64,000 nt of DNA from Candidatus Dadabacteria bacterium (GCA_963805855.1 CAWDVW010000006.1:256001-320000), one strand, 5' to 3'; shown: positions 41,318 to 52,432, numbered from the stretch's first letter. Made by a program: numbers and translations. Notes: a model not told the origin generated them from the sequence alone.

Positions 41318-43144
41318 TTGCTTTTAATGATTGTTATTGCGGTTATTGCGGGAGTTGTATCACAAATCCTTTCTGTAATCATAGGATTACCCAGCATAGT
41401 CATGCTTTTTATAGTGGGAATCTTTTTGGGCCCGGAAGTATTGGGTTTTCTGGATCCTGAGGTATTTGGGACGGGTTTTGAAACAATTATAAGACTGTGC
41501 GTTGCCATAATACTTTTTGAGGCTGGTCTGAACCTTGATAAATCAGAGATAAAAAAACACCAGAAAATAATATTGCCTTTGATTACATACGGTGCATTGA
41601 TCACAATGGTATTCGGGGCTATATTCGCCATCATTATAACTGACTTACCTTGGTCCCTGGCGTTTCTTTTTGGCTCTTTAGTCATTGTGACTGGTCCGAC
41701 GGTGATTCATCCCCTGTTGAGAAGAATAAAGGTGGAGTCAAGGTTGAAGAACATCCTGGAGACCGAGGGTGTAATCATCGATCCTATAGGTGCTATAATA
41801 GCAATTTTTGTTTTTGAGCTGATATTGGAGGAATCTCACTCACTCTTGTTTAATGTGTTTCTTGTGTTTTGGAGACTTGGGATGGGGATTGTAATCGGCG
41901 TTGTTGGAGGTTACGTAATAGGGAAGATCGTAATGAAATTCTCTCTTATTATGGAGGACTTTGTAGATCTATTTGTCTTAGCCTCTGCGCTGGGAATTTA
42001 TGCATTGTCTGAAGCCGTAATACCCGAGTCAGGTTTGATGGCGGCCGTAGCTTCCGGGGCAATCCTGGGTAATATGGACATTCCGGAAGAAGAACCCCTT
42101 AAAAAATTCAAGGGAAAGCTTTCAATACTAGTTATATCAGTATTATTTGTCTTGTTGGCTGCAAACTTAGAAATTCGGCATGTTATCTCCTTAGGTTGGA
42201 GGGGGGTCATTGTAGTTCTAGCAATACTAATGATTGTGCGGCCACTGCAGATATTCTTAACAACCCTCGGATCGGATCTCCGTTTCAACGAAAAAGTGTT
42301 TCTATCGTGTATAAGTCCGAGAGGAATAATCGCGGCATCTGTGGCGTCTATTTTTGCCTTACAGCTAACTAAAAAGGGGATTCAGGGGGGAGACCTGGTC
42401 CAGGGACTGGTTTTCTTGACGATCGGTATTTCAGTAGTTCTACAGGGGACAACTGCTAATACGGTTGCAAAACTTCTGGGTGTCCTTGTTCGAAGTCAAA
42501 AAGCAGTGATAGTAGGGGCTAATGCTTTCGGTAGGGTTGTTGGCAAGCTGCTAAAGATGAACGGGAAAGAAGTCGGATTTGTTGATACTAATGAATACCT
42601 TGTGAGATTGGCAACTCAAGAAGGATTTGAAGCTATTGAAGGTAATAGCCTTGACTTGGATGTTTTGGAGAAAATAGGATTGGGCGATGCAGACACAACT
42701 CTTGCGGTTACCACCAGCAACAAGGTGAACATATTTGTCAGTAGGCTTTCCAAAATAGATTTCGGCATAAAGAATTCAATCCCGGTTTTGAATAAGATGA
42801 GAGGGGACCTTGATAAAACGACTGCAGAAAAGTTAGGTTTAGATATTGCCTTCGGTAGAGCCCTGAGCATGTATGATGTTAATCCGAAGATAGCAAAGGG
42901 GGAATATAGGATTTTGGAGTGTATATTGGTAGATTCAACGAATGTAAAAACGGTTGAAGATTTATCCCTGCCAGGTGAGTTTATTCCTATTTTGGTAGTC
43001 GGCTCAAAATCTAAAATGCCAATGATTTGCAAGAGTAGTCTCGCCATGGGAGAGGGTGATAAAATTGTCATTATGGACCTAAGTAATGGTTCGAAAAAGC
43101 TAGATAGCGTTTTTCTTAAAGACTGTTCTCAATTGAAGTTATAG
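41318..43144 (+). CDS. CPA1 (NhaP-type) cation/proton antiporter with TrkA-N domain
   Basis: ILFEAGL, VTGPTVI, EGVIIDPIG and PRGIIAAS motifs; C-terminal IVGAN RCK domain. Confidence 0.9.
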   Translation: MLLMIVIAVIAGVVSQILSVIIGLPSIVMLFIVGIFLGPEVLGFLDPEVFGTGFETIIRLCVAIILFEAGLNLDKSEIKKHQKIILPLITYGALITMVFGAIFAIIITDLPWSLAFLFGSLVIVTGPTVIHPLLRRIKVESRLKNILETEGVIIDPIGAIIAIFVFELILEESHSLLFNVFLVFWRLGMGIVIGVVGGYVIGKIVMKFSLIMEDFVDLFVLASALGIYALSEAVIPESGLMAAVASGAILGNMDIPEEEPLKKFKGKLSILVISVLFVLLAANLEIRHVISLGWRGVIVVLAILMIVRPLQIFLTTLGSDLRFNEKVFLSCISPRGIIAASVASIFALQLTKKGIQGGDLVQGLVFLTIGISVVLQGTTANTVAKLLGVLVRSQKAVIVGANAFGRVVGKLLKMNGKEVGFVDTNEYLVRLATQEGFEAIEGNSLDLDVLEKIGLGDADTTLAVTTSNKVNIFVSRLSKIDFGIKNSIPVLNKMRGDLDKTTAEKLGLDIAFGRALSMYDVNPKIAKGEYRILECILVDSTNVKTVEDLSLPGEFIPILVVGSKSKMPMICKSSLAMGEGDKIVIMDLSNGSKKLDSVFLKDCSQLKL

Positions 43145-43436
43145 ATGGGCATGATGTCTCTCCATTAGCATCTTCGACGGATAATCTGAAGATTCCTTGA
43201 GTGCTTTCGATTGGATAGATAGAATCTATTTTTTAGAAAATCACCTTGGATGAGTGTAGAGTGATTAAAATTGCGAGTTAAGAATCGAGTAATTAACCAA
43301 TCGGGTTTGATTCTCCCTAGAAAAACTTTTGGCGGAAGTTGGAGATTGCTCAAACAGGGTTAAGTTAATATGTAGACTAATCTATATTTGTTAAGGGAGT
43401 AAAAGAAGGGATATATTAAATAAATTAGGATGGGCT

Positions 43437-44333
43437 ATGGATTTTAATGTCAGTGACTACCTCTCTAGTAGAAAGGAGTTAGTCGATAAGAAATTATTGG
43501 AGTATCTGCTGAAATCCAAGAATGATTTGAGCAAACTTCATGAATCGATGCTTTACAGCGTCATGGCAGGCGGGAAGAGGCTGAGACCTGTACTCTGTAT
43601 TGCATCCTGTGAGGTATTAGGGGGTGAGATAGAAAAAGCACTCCCTGTTGCTTGTGCAATTGAGATGATTCATACATATTCATTGATTCATGATGACCTG
43701 CCATCCATGGATGATGATCTGTTAAGGCGGGGTAAACCAACTAATCATAGCGTTTATGGAGAAGCCTTGGCTATCCTAGCAGGCGATGCCCTCCTCACAG
43801 ATGCCTTTTATTTCATCGTTGACGAAGGCATTTCTTCGGGCCTGAAGCCCGCTCTACTCGTAAATGTTATCAAGGACATCGCTAAGGCCTCGGGATCTCG
43901 TGGAATGGTTGGAGGGCAGGCTATTGATCTTTCACTTGAGGGTAGTAAAGAGGTTACCATAGAGATGAGCGAGAGGGTTCATTCACTGAAAACAGGCGCT
44001 TTAATCGAGGTGTCCGTAATGACGGGTGCGAGGATCGGCGGAGCCAATAGCAAAGAGCTTTATCAACTCAATTCCTATTCGAAGGCACTGGGGCTGGCCT
44101 TCCAGATCATGGATGATGTGCTTGACATCGAAGGCGGGGGTGAAATCGGTAAAAACAGAGGAGGAGATGCCAGAAAAAAGAAGGCAACATATCCAAGTCT
44201 AATTGGACTTGAGAATACAAAGCGGATGGCTGAACAGCTAACGAAAGATGCTGTCGGTGCATTAGAAACTTTTGGTAGTCAAGCAGCGCCACTCCGTGAA
44301 ATAGCCAATTATTTGGGAGGGAGAACATATTAA
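43437..44333 (+). CDS. ispA: Farnesyl diphosphate synthase / polyprenyl synthase
   Basis: GGKRLRP, HDDLPSMDDD, RRG, KTGALI and FQIMDDVLD motifs. Confidence 0.93.
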   Translation: MDFNVSDYLSSRKELVDKKLLEYLLKSKNDLSKLHESMLYSVMAGGKRLRPVLCIASCEVLGGEIEKALPVACAIEMIHTYSLIHDDLPSMDDDLLRRGKPTNHSVYGEALAILAGDALLTDAFYFIVDEGISSGLKPALLVNVIKDIAKASGSRGMVGGQAIDLSLEGSKEVTIEMSERVHSLKTGALIEVSVMTGARIGGANSKELYQLNSYSKALGLAFQIMDDVLDIEGGGEIGKNRGGDARKKKATYPSLIGLENTKRMAEQLTKDAVGALETFGSQAAPLREIANYLGGRTY

Positions 44334-45066
44334 GGGGAAAGAAAGAATTGATCTATTATTGGTGAGAAGGGGATTGGTTCCCAGTAGAGCGCGGGCGCAA
44401 TCCCTGCTGATGTCAGGCGTTGTATTTGTTGAAGGAACCAGGGTGGATAAAGCCGGAACACTTGTTGCGAAAGATTCTGAGATAATTATCAAAGAAGATT
44501 CCCGAAGATATGTTGGACGAGGGGGTGTAAAGCTAGAAGCAGCACTGGACAGATTCAAAATCAACGTTAACGACAGAGTTGCTCTAGATATCGGTGCGTC
44601 CACAGGTGGTTTTACAGACTGCCTTCTTCAATTTGGAGCAAGAAAGGTATACGCTATCGATGTTGGCCATGGTCAAATCGATTGGGGTCTCAGGCAGGAT
44701 AAAAGGGTTGTTGTCATGGAGAAGGTAAACGCCAGGTATTTAAAACCAGAAGACATAGGTGAGTTGGTTGATATTTCTACGATTGATGTATCCTTCATTT
44801 CACTCACATTGATAATCCCTCGGGTGAAGAATTTACTTAAACCGAAAGGAATACTGATCGCCCTGATAAAACCGCAATTCGAGGTTGGTAAGGGTGAGGT
44901 GGGAAAGAAGGGTGTAGTACGGGATGAATCTAAATACGCTGTCGTAATAGAGAAGATTACTTCATTCTTAGAGGGAGAATACTTTGATATTATCGGAGTT
45001 ATGCCTTCACCCATCCTAGGTGCAGAAGGGAATAAAGAATTTCTTGTTGCGGGAGTCAAAAATTGA
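44329..45066 (+). CDS. tlyA: TlyA family rRNA (cytidine-2'-O)-methyltransferase
   Basis: S4 domain ERIDLLLV, YVGRGGVKL, DIGASTGGFTD, DVSFISL and KPQFE. Start placed at ATT 44329 (see finding). Confidence 0.9.
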   Translation: MKGKERIDLLLVRRGLVPSRARAQSLLMSGVVFVEGTRVDKAGTLVAKDSEIIIKEDSRRYVGRGGVKLEAALDRFKINVNDRVALDIGASTGGFTDCLLQFGARKVYAIDVGHGQIDWGLRQDKRVVVMEKVNARYLKPEDIGELVDISTIDVSFISLTLIIPRVKNLLKPKGILIALIKPQFEVGKGEVGKKGVVRDESKYAVVIEKITSFLEGEYFDIIGVMPSPILGAEGNKEFLVAGVKN

Positions 45067-45183
45067 GTTGGGCCTCGATTTAACGTGATAACTACCTGAT
45101 GACACCCGGTGTAAGCGTACTGCTGTCATTTGCTCTTCAGAAGTACTCAGGATAAGCTGGGAAGTTGAACTACTCTCAGGGTC

Positions 45184-45371
45184 TGTCATTCCCAAACGCA
45201 GTTATTGGGAATCCATAGACATCCAGCTGGATCCCCGACAAAAGTGCTCGGGGATGACAACCGGAACGTCCTCACAAATTAATCGAATCGCAAGCCTATC
45301 GGGACAAGAATGTCCCGACTATCCGTAACAAATACTTTATCAATAAGGATAGGCGGGGTTTTCCAACCCCG
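45184..45371. repeat. REP-like palindromes: TGTCATTCCC...GGGAATCC / TGGATCCCC...GGGGATGACAAC, plus cgggaca..tgtcccg / gcggggtt..aaccccgc hairpins
   Basis: Visible inverted repeats between convergent tlyA and tal. Confidence 0.7.
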
Positions 45372-45418
45372 CATGGAGAAAACATAAGGATTGGAAACAA
45401 ACCTGTCATCACCTGAAA

Positions 45419-46069
45419 TCATCTTTTCACATCTTTCCAATCTGACAGAAATCTTTCGAGGCCAGCATCTGTTAATGGATGCTTTAAGAGTTGCTTGAAA
45501 ACCTTGTAGGGCATGGTCGAAACATGTGCTCCTGCCTTTCCGGCCTCAACTACATGTACAGGATGTCTGATGCTTGCTACTAATACCTGGGTGTTAAAGG
45601 CATAATTCTTGTAGATATCAACGATATCTTTCACTATGTTCATACCAATTTCCGAGATATCGTCAAGCCTTCCAACAAATGGGCTTACATAGGTCGCGCC
45701 CGCTTTAGCGGCAATTAATGCCTGTGAAGGTGAAAACACAAGTGTGACATTAACTTTAATTCCCTCATCAGATACGATCTTTGTTGCCCTGATTCCGTCT
45801 TCTGTAAGAGGCATTTTTACAACAACATGTGGGTGAATTTCGGCAAGGTCTCTGGCTTCGTCGAGCATTCTCTCTATGTCAGTGCTTATTACCTCAGCGC
45901 TTACCGGTCCATCTACAATCTCGCATATTTCCTTTACCAATTGTTTAAATCCCTTCTGTTCTCCTTGTTTTGAAACCAGGGTAGGGTTTGTGGTTACACC
46001 GTCCAGAATTCCAATACTAGCGGCGTCCCTTATTTCATCCAGGTTCGCGGTGTCCAGGAAGAATTTCAT
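45419..46069 (-). CDS. tal: Transaldolase (small TalC/Fsa family)
   Basis: [21 protein letters not shown] (Glu), VKMP (Schiff-base Lys) and SPFVGRLDD (Phe) indicate transaldolase rather than FSA. Confidence 0.9.
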   Translation of the reverse strand: MKFFLDTANLDEIRDAASIGILDGVTTNPTLVSKQGEQKGFKQLVKEICEIVDGPVSAEVISTDIERMLDEARDLAEIHPHVVVKMPLTEDGIRATKIVSDEGIKVNVTLVFSPSQALIAAKAGATYVSPFVGRLDDISEIGMNIVKDIVDIYKNYAFNTQVLVASIRHPVHVVEAGKAGAHVSTMPYKVFKQLLKHPLTDAGLERFLSDWKDVKR

Positions 46070-46220
46070 CGCGTAGCCTCCTATATCGTTACCCGAATAT
46101 AACATAATTTATTTATCGAGTGAAGATGAATAGATAGTTTCTATCAGAGTTTATCTGGATTTGACAAACTTTCGAATATCTGAAGAATATCATTTTAACT
46201 TTTTCAACAGCGTGGTAAAC

Positions 46221-46514
46221 ATGTCTAATAGAAAGAAATCGGCAGTTAAAAGGCACCGGCAGAACTTGAAAAGAAGATCCAGGAATATGAATACGCGTTC
46301 GAAACTGAGGACCCTTGCTAAAAGCATTAGCTCCGCTATCGATGCTAATGATGTTGCTAAGGCGCAAGAGATCTTAAGGGTTACGATGGCCGAGTTTGAT
46401 AAGGCTGGTTCAAAGGGTGTAATTCATAAAGGGACGGCATCACGAAACATATCCAGGTTCTCAAAAAAGGTATCTAACCTGTCAAAATCATTACAACAAG
46501 CTTCTTCTACGTAA
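46221..46514 (+). CDS. rpsT: 30S ribosomal protein S20
   Basis: MSNRKKSAVKRHRQ...N...RSKLRT...DKAGSKGVIHKGTASR. Confidence 0.93.
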   Translation: MSNRKKSAVKRHRQNLKRRSRNMNTRSKLRTLAKSISSAIDANDVAKAQEILRVTMAEFDKAGSKGVIHKGTASRNISRFSKKVSNLSKSLQQASST

Positions 46515-46526
46515 CCATTTTAATTG

Positions 46527-47525
46527 TTACCTGCACATTTCCAAAACTAATTTTGTGAGAATCTGATGACTTGGAAGAGAGCTGGTCTTTAATTTTTTAT
46601 CCACCTGGTAGAGACTTTTCATTATTTCCCTGATCTCCGCCGAAGTAAGGTTTTTTGCATGTTCCCTTGCATAGTACAGGGCTCCCGACGAAATTTTAAC
46701 TTCCTTAAGAATTTGCTCCTTTGTGAATTTCTTCTCAATAAGCTCCTTTACTCTCCAGATAAGTCTAAATCTCCAGCTCAACATGTTAAGTATCGATAGA
46801 GGGTCCTCGTTCTTCAATTCAAGATCCAGCAATGCTCTTAGTGCATTTTTCATATCCTTTTTGGCAATTGAATTTAATAGTTGGAAGATATTTTCAAACT
46901 TGATTTTTTCTGTAATCCTTTCTACATCGGCAGCGTCGATTTTCTTTTTGCCAGCAGTGTATAGTGATAGTTTTTCTATCTCTGTCTTGATGTCCTGCAA
47001 ATTTTCGCCTATTAGGGATGTCAAACGCAGAACCGCCTCGTTCGTTATATCATGACCGCACTCTGCAGCGATTTCCCTGATCGATGAATGCATGTTGTTT
47101 TTATCAACTGTCGTATCGACTATAAAAATATTCTCATTATTTTTATTCTCTATACCCTTAGTGTTATTGAATTGAAATACCAGACAAGTAAACGACGAAG
47201 GTGATTGAAAGTACTTTTCAAACGCTTTCAGCTCAGACGTAGATAATTTCTCCGCATTTTTCAATAAGATGAGCCTCTTGTTTCCAAACATCGGGTAGGT
47301 TTGTGCCAAAGAGATAATATCCTCTGCAGATGCTGTATCGCCGTGAAAAAGCAAGTAGTTAAGCTCGGGGTTCTTAATTAAGATGTGCTTTTTTAATCTA
47401 TCAATGGCCTGTTCTGTTAAAAATGTTTGTTCTCCAGTGAAAAAATAGACGGGTCTGACCACATTGTTATCAAGATTACTGTAAAGACTTTGCATATTGA
47501 TTCTATTTGGTGTCTTCTTTTTCAT
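46527..47525 (-). CDS. holA: DNA polymerase III delta subunit
   Basis: PVYFFTGEQ, PMFGNKRL, EIEKL.LY and D..LKTS motifs; convergent with rpsT. Confidence 0.88.
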   Translation of the reverse strand: MKKKTPNRINMQSLYSNLDNNVVRPVYFFTGEQTFLTEQAIDRLKKHILIKNPELNYLLFHGDTASAEDIISLAQTYPMFGNKRLILLKNAEKLSTSELKAFEKYFQSPSSFTCLVFQFNNTKGIENKNNENIFIVDTTVDKNNMHSSIREIAAECGHDITNEAVLRLTSLIGENLQDIKTEIEKLSLYTAGKKKIDAADVERITEKIKFENIFQLLNSIAKKDMKNALRALLDLELKNEDPLSILNMLSWRFRLIWRVKELIEKKFTKEQILKEVKISSGALYYAREHAKNLTSAEIREIMKSLYQVDKKLKTSSLPSHQILTKLVLEMCR

Positions 47526-47626
47526 CTTGAAAACTGGAAGGAGTTTATGGATTAATTATATTTCATTAGCAACGCTTCGGCAATTTATCTAAGATCATAG
47601 TTTGGTAGTCTACAAAGGGAAACAAT

Positions 47627-48358
47627 ATGATACGACGCTACGTTGAATGGATATACCTCGAAGATGTAGAGTACTCTTTTGGCATTGACCTGCAGAGTAT
47701 ATTACACGAAAAGGTGTCCCGTCTAAGCTCAGATACAACAGGATTTCTTTTGCTTGTCCAACATAGATCAGTTATTACGGTTGGAAGGTTCGGTAAAAAT
47801 AGTAACATCCTGTACACCGAAGAATATCTAAAAGAAAGGGGTATTGCCGTACATAAGACATCCCGTGGGGGAGATGTCACTTTTCATGGGCCGGGCCAGC
47901 TCGTTGGATACCCAATAATAAATCTGAGGGGTTTTAAGTTGGGGATTAGATCTTATGTCCATTTATTGGAGGAAACAATCATAGAAGTCCTTAAATATTT
48001 TGATATAGTGGCGGAGAGGAGGGAAAAGTACCCGGGTGTTTGGGTTGGCAGAGAAAAGATCGCCTCAATAGGTATCCAGGTGAGTAAACATACGTCTATG
48101 CATGGAGTGGCAATGAATGTGAGCAATGACCTCGATAACTTTTCTCTGATAGTGCCCTGCGGCATTAGTGAGGGGGTTGTTACATCCATAAAGAAATTGA
48201 TTAACGGTACAATTCCGCTCAGGCAGGTCGCGCATTGCTTTGCGAAGGAATTCGGGAAGATATTCGATGCTGAAATCGGGGAAATTCTAGATTTGAGCAG
48301 ATCGTCTCTTCTGATAGACGAAAACAGTACCGATATAATTGAAAAGCTTATGATTTAA
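47627..48358 (+). CDS. lipB: Octanoyltransferase
   Basis: RGGDVTFHGPGQLVGYPI, KIASIG, HG.AMN and IVPCG motifs. Confidence 0.93.
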   Translation: MIRRYVEWIYLEDVEYSFGIDLQSILHEKVSRLSSDTTGFLLLVQHRSVITVGRFGKNSNILYTEEYLKERGIAVHKTSRGGDVTFHGPGQLVGYPIINLRGFKLGIRSYVHLLEETIIEVLKYFDIVAERREKYPGVWVGREKIASIGIQVSKHTSMHGVAMNVSNDLDNFSLIVPCGISEGVVTSIKKLINGTIPLRQVAHCFAKEFGKIFDAEIGEILDLSRSSLLIDENSTDIIEKLMI

Positions 48359-48446
48359 GGTGGTTATGTCTCAACCAAAGGAGCCCTCCAGGCTTCGAAA
48401 CCATACGAACGCTGACATTCGGCGTGCGAACGGATACATGGATAAT

Positions 48447-49323
48447 CTCCTCCCCCTTGACGGGGGAGGATGGAAGGTAGGGGTGACCATTATCCCCCAA
48501 AACCCAATTCACCAGCTATCACTTCCATTACAATCTCGATATCCTGCAACACCTCATTATTCCAAAATCGTAGTACCTTAAAACCCTTGTCTTCCAGCCA
48601 TCTATCACGCTTAGCATCATAAAATTTGAATTTGTCATGTTGTCCTCCATCCACTTCAATAATTAATTTCTTTTCTAAACAGACAAAGTCAACTATGAAT
48701 GGTCCTAAAGGATGCTGTCTTCTAAACTTATACCCTCCCATCCGACGAAGCCGAATATGGGCCCACAATTTTCTTTCTGCGTCTGTAGGATTTTTTCTCA
48801 AATCCCTTGATCTATTAACAAGCATTTGTTAACCCCCTTCCTAACCTTCCCCCTTACAAGGGGAAGGGATAGTTTCTAGATTTCCTGGATTTTCAGCGGG
48901 ATCGAAGTACGTGTACCAATTATAATCCACCCTTATCCTTCGGGGATATTCAAAAGTAGGAAACGTTAGTCCCTATTAAGTCTTTATACTCCAATATCTC
49001 CTCCCCCCAACGTGTTGGGGGAGGACTAAGGTGGGGGTTACATCTCTGCATAACCCAATTCGTTGCGATGTTTCTAGTCATTTTCTACTAACCCCATCCT
49101 AGCCTTCCCCCTTTTTCAAAGGGGAAGGATTTAAAATTCACTTACCTTTTTTAGGTGGAATGGGCTGTTGATAATTAATTATACGACCATTTATTCGTTG
49201 TGGTTGAGGGCGAGAAAAAATATAATAACTGCAATATAAATTAATGTACCGCCCCGTATTGATCTCCCTTTAGGGGGTAAAATTCTCCTCCCACACCTGT
49301 GGGAGTGGATTAAGTTGGGGGGT
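48447..49323. repeat. REP-like hairpin family around the DUF559 gene (48447-48486, 48832-48869, 48997-49039, 49090-49129, 49284-49323)
   Basis: Consensus ctcctcccc-N-gggggagga-N-aggtgggggt, in alternating orientation. Confidence 0.85.
48490..48825 (-). CDS. DUF559 / Vsr-like endonuclease
   Basis: LRKNPTDAERKLW, FRRQHP, IVDF, IEVDGGQH, D..RD..L and VLRFWN motifs. Confidence 0.92.
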   Translation of the reverse strand: MLVNRSRDLRKNPTDAERKLWAHIRLRRMGGYKFRRQHPLGPFIVDFVCLEKKLIIEVDGGQHDKFKFYDAKRDRWLEDKGFKVLRFWNNEVLQDIEIVMEVIAGELGFGG

Positions 49324-49336
49324 ATTTTTTTTACTA

Positions 49337-49762
49337 TCAGGACTCCCTTTCACAAGTCTCTAGGTCATTGAAAAAGTATTTTATTTCAAATAGGGCTGAT
49401 TCAGGAGAGTCAGACCCGTGAACGATATTCTGTTCTATATTGGATGCGTAATCGCTTCTAATTGTTCCTTTGACGGCTTCTTGAGGATTTGTCGCACCCA
49501 TTATTTCGCGCAGCTTGTTTATCGCATTCTCACCTTCAAGTAGAATAACTACACAAGGCCCAGAGGACATGAAATTCGTAAGACTCGAGAAGAATGGCCT
49601 GTCTTTATGTACAGCGTAAAATCCTTCTGCTTGTTTTTTTGAGAGACTTATCATTTTCAATCCAATCAACCTAAGGTCGGCACTTTCAAACCGAGTCAAG
49701 ACCTCACCGATCAAATTCCTTCTGACGCCATCAGGTTTAACTATAGAGAGTGTCCTTTCCAA
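49337..49762 (-). CDS. ndk: Nucleoside diphosphate kinase
   Basis: [21 protein letters not shown] and NIVHGSDS motifs; TTG start with GGAGG. Confidence 0.95.
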   Translation of the reverse strand: MERTLSIVKPDGVRRNLIGEVLTRFESADLRLIGLKMISLSKKQAEGFYAVHKDRPFFSSLTNFMSSGPCVVILLEGENAINKLREIMGATNPQEAVKGTIRSDYASNIEQNIVHGSDSPESALFEIKYFFNDLETCERES

Positions 49763-50121
49763 TTTTACAGCCTCCAAGCTTTTATTTTCCGGTTAAGTTT
49801 TCTTCTAAGCCGTTGATTTGTCAAATTATTTTTAGAAAACACCGGCTTAAGACGTATATTAAAGATGATTAATTTTGTTGATCAATTTTTCAAATGTACG
49901 GTGCTCGGTATACTAGATTGAAATGCTCAAGTATCTATGGATGATATTTATTTTGAAAGCTGCTTTATCGACGCAACTTTAATTAGTTGTGCTAATGTAT
50001 TAACTTTTATAAGACGCAAAAAGATATTTTAAAAACTGAGGCTTGTCATTATTATTGGAAGAGAATATTGAGTCATATTTATCTGAATCCTTTGTTGAGA
50101 TATTAAGTTAAAAGTACCTTT

Positions 50122-50670
50122 ATGGCGGGATCTTCAGTGCCGGAAGCTAATTCTGATACGGATTACGGTCAAAAAAAGAGGTGTTGGTATGCCGTATACA
50201 CTGTAGTTAGGCACGAAAAGGCTGCAGACAGCGCCCTTAAACAGAAACAAATAGAAACATTTTTACCCCTTCGAGAGATTACAAGTCAATGGAAAGATAG
50301 AAAGAAAAGGGTTCTTTTACCACTTTTCCCCGGATACCTCTTTGTAAACACAACGCTGGACTATAAATTAAATATTCTCAATACCCCTGGGATAGTTAGG
50401 ATTCTTGGTATATCCGGAACGCCTGCTCCAATACCAGAGGATCAGATCGACTCGATAAGGAAGCTCCTTGAGAGCAAGGTGCCATTCGATCCACATCCCT
50501 ATTTGAAAGAGGGGGAAATGGTGATCGTGACCCACGGGCCCCTTCAGGGGATAGTTGGAAGAATTTTAAAGAGGAGAGGGTTAAATAAGCTGATACTCTC
50601 AGTTGATCTTATTAAGAGAGCCATTTCGGTGGAAATAGATATCGGAATGGTTGAGATAATAGAGTCTTAA
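50122..50670 (+). CDS. UpxY/RfaH-type NusG paralogue (transcription antiterminator)
   Basis: WYAVYT...HEK, FLPL, W.DRKK, PLFPGYLFV and KOW GPLQGIVG motifs. Confidence 0.88.
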   Translation: MAGSSVPEANSDTDYGQKKRCWYAVYTVVRHEKAADSALKQKQIETFLPLREITSQWKDRKKRVLLPLFPGYLFVNTTLDYKLNILNTPGIVRILGISGTPAPIPEDQIDSIRKLLESKVPFDPHPYLKEGEMVIVTHGPLQGIVGRILKRRGLNKLILSVDLIKRAISVEIDIGMVEIIES

Positions 50671-51037
50671 CCTACTTACATCATTCAACAGTTTTTGTTT
50701 ATGATGATAATGCAATAGGTCTGTATGGAATCTTGAATTGATACGTCTATAATTACTTAAATTATTCCAATAGCCCCAAATTCCTTTATAATTAAAGCAA
50801 CTTGCGATTACTATCTTAGGCGCATTAAGAGTGTAGTCCTGATATAGGTGTCTAATATTTGCTCAAAATGGCTTAGATTATCTGAACGTCATATTTATGA
50901 AAATCTTCCGATTCTCGTTAAAAGAGATGAATAAGCCTATAAGCCGAGCAAATATAAATAATTTCGGCAAGTTAAGAACATTACATCAATTTAGTTTTGG
51001 AAGGTCAGGTTATCAATGACACCTATGAAAATAATGC

Positions 51038-51067
51038 TTGACATTGACTTTCAATATATACTATCAT
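51038..51067 (+). promoter_or_regulatory. Candidate sigma70 promoter of proA operon
   Basis: TTGACA-18 bp-TATCAT. Confidence 0.45.
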
Positions 51068-51117
51068 TGTATTTATAATGGCTTGTGAAACGCTGTCAAA
51101 GGATAAATATTATCTAA

Positions 51118-52410
51118 ATGTCGGAAATAAAAACCCGAAGTTCATTACAAGATACTCAATTTACACAGATAGCGAATGAAATTGCTCTAAAAGCAAAAGA
51201 TGCCTCTAATTCTCTAGCCAAAGTAACTTCTCGTTCCAAGGACGAAGGCCTGTTAGCTATGTCCAGGCTGATCTCTTCTGAATCGAGTTTTATACTAGAA
51301 GAGAATAATAAGGACATAGAAGACGCTAGAAATAAAGGTCTGTCTTCTGCCTTCATTGACAGACTTACACTTAGTCCCGCCCGAATAAAGGCCATGTCAG
51401 ATGGCTTGAGGGAGATTGTTGCCCTTCGTGATCCAGTTGGTGAGATTCTCAGAATGTGGAAAAGACCAAATGGGCTAATCGTTGGAAAGATGCGGATACC
51501 TATCGGTGTAATTGGAATAATATATGAAGCTAGGCCTAACGTAACCGTGGATGGTGCGGGTTTATGTATAAAAGCTGGCAATGCTGTGATTCTGAGGGGG
51601 GGGTCAGAATCAATAAGATCTAATCTGGCCATCGGGGAATTGCTAAGGAAAGCCCTTGACGAGACTGATCTTCCCGAAGATTCGATACAAGTGGTTCCCG
51701 TTGCTGATAGGTCTTTTGTTCTAGAGATGTTGAAGCTTGAGAATCTTATTGACCTTATAATACCCAGAGGAGGGGAGGGGCTGATAAGGTTTGTCACTGA
51801 GAACTCAAGGATTCCAGTATTGAAGCACTATAAGGGGGTATGCCATATTTTTGTTGATGAATACGCTGATCTGGAAATGGCTGAGAGCGTTTGTATCAAT
51901 GCCAAGGTTCAAAGGCCAGGCGTATGCAATGCTGTGGAGACTTTACTTGTCCATGAGGGTATAGCAGAAGAATTTCTTCCCAGACTCGTCAAAAGACTTG
52001 AGGCCGAGAGGGTTGAAATTCGTGGTTGCAACAGAACTAAACAGATTGTTCCGCTTGTCAAAGATGCAACTGAGGGGGATTGGTATAACGAATACCTGGA
52101 TTTGATAATAAACGTTAAGGTTGTTATTAACATGGAGGATGCAATATCGCATATCGAGAAATATGGATCGAACCATACGGAGGCAATCATAACTGAAAGT
52201 TATCATAATGCTCAGTACTTTTTGAATAGTGTGAATTCATCAACCGTTCTGGTTAATGCATCTACCAGGTTTAGTGATGGATTTGAGCTTGGTTTGGGTG
52301 CAGAGATCGGCATCAGTACTTCAAAACTCCATGCCTATGGCCCTATGGGGTTGGAAGAGCTTACGGTTACAAAATACATAATTTATGGGGATGGACAAAT
52401 ACGAAATTAA
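51118..52410 (+). CDS. proA: Gamma-glutamyl phosphate reductase
   Basis: [28 protein letters not shown] and NASTRFSDG...[17 protein letters not shown] motifs. Confidence 0.96.
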   Translation: MSEIKTRSSLQDTQFTQIANEIALKAKDASNSLAKVTSRSKDEGLLAMSRLISSESSFILEENNKDIEDARNKGLSSAFIDRLTLSPARIKAMSDGLREIVALRDPVGEILRMWKRPNGLIVGKMRIPIGVIGIIYEARPNVTVDGAGLCIKAGNAVILRGGSESIRSNLAIGELLRKALDETDLPEDSIQVVPVADRSFVLEMLKLENLIDLIIPRGGEGLIRFVTENSRIPVLKHYKGVCHIFVDEYADLEMAESVCINAKVQRPGVCNAVETLLVHEGIAEEFLPRLVKRLEAERVEIRGCNRTKQIVPLVKDATEGDWYNEYLDLIINVKVVINMEDAISHIEKYGSNHTEAIITESYHNAQYFLNSVNSSTVLVNASTRFSDGFELGLGAEIGISTSKLHAYGPMGLEELTVTKYIIYGDGQIRN

Positions 52411-52432
52411 ATTAGTACAAGGAGGATGTTGA

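Noticed and set aside
51156-51797. 213-aa minus-strand ORF and similar antisense ORFs across the window
   Set aside because: Shadow frames of well-supported genes on the opposite strand.
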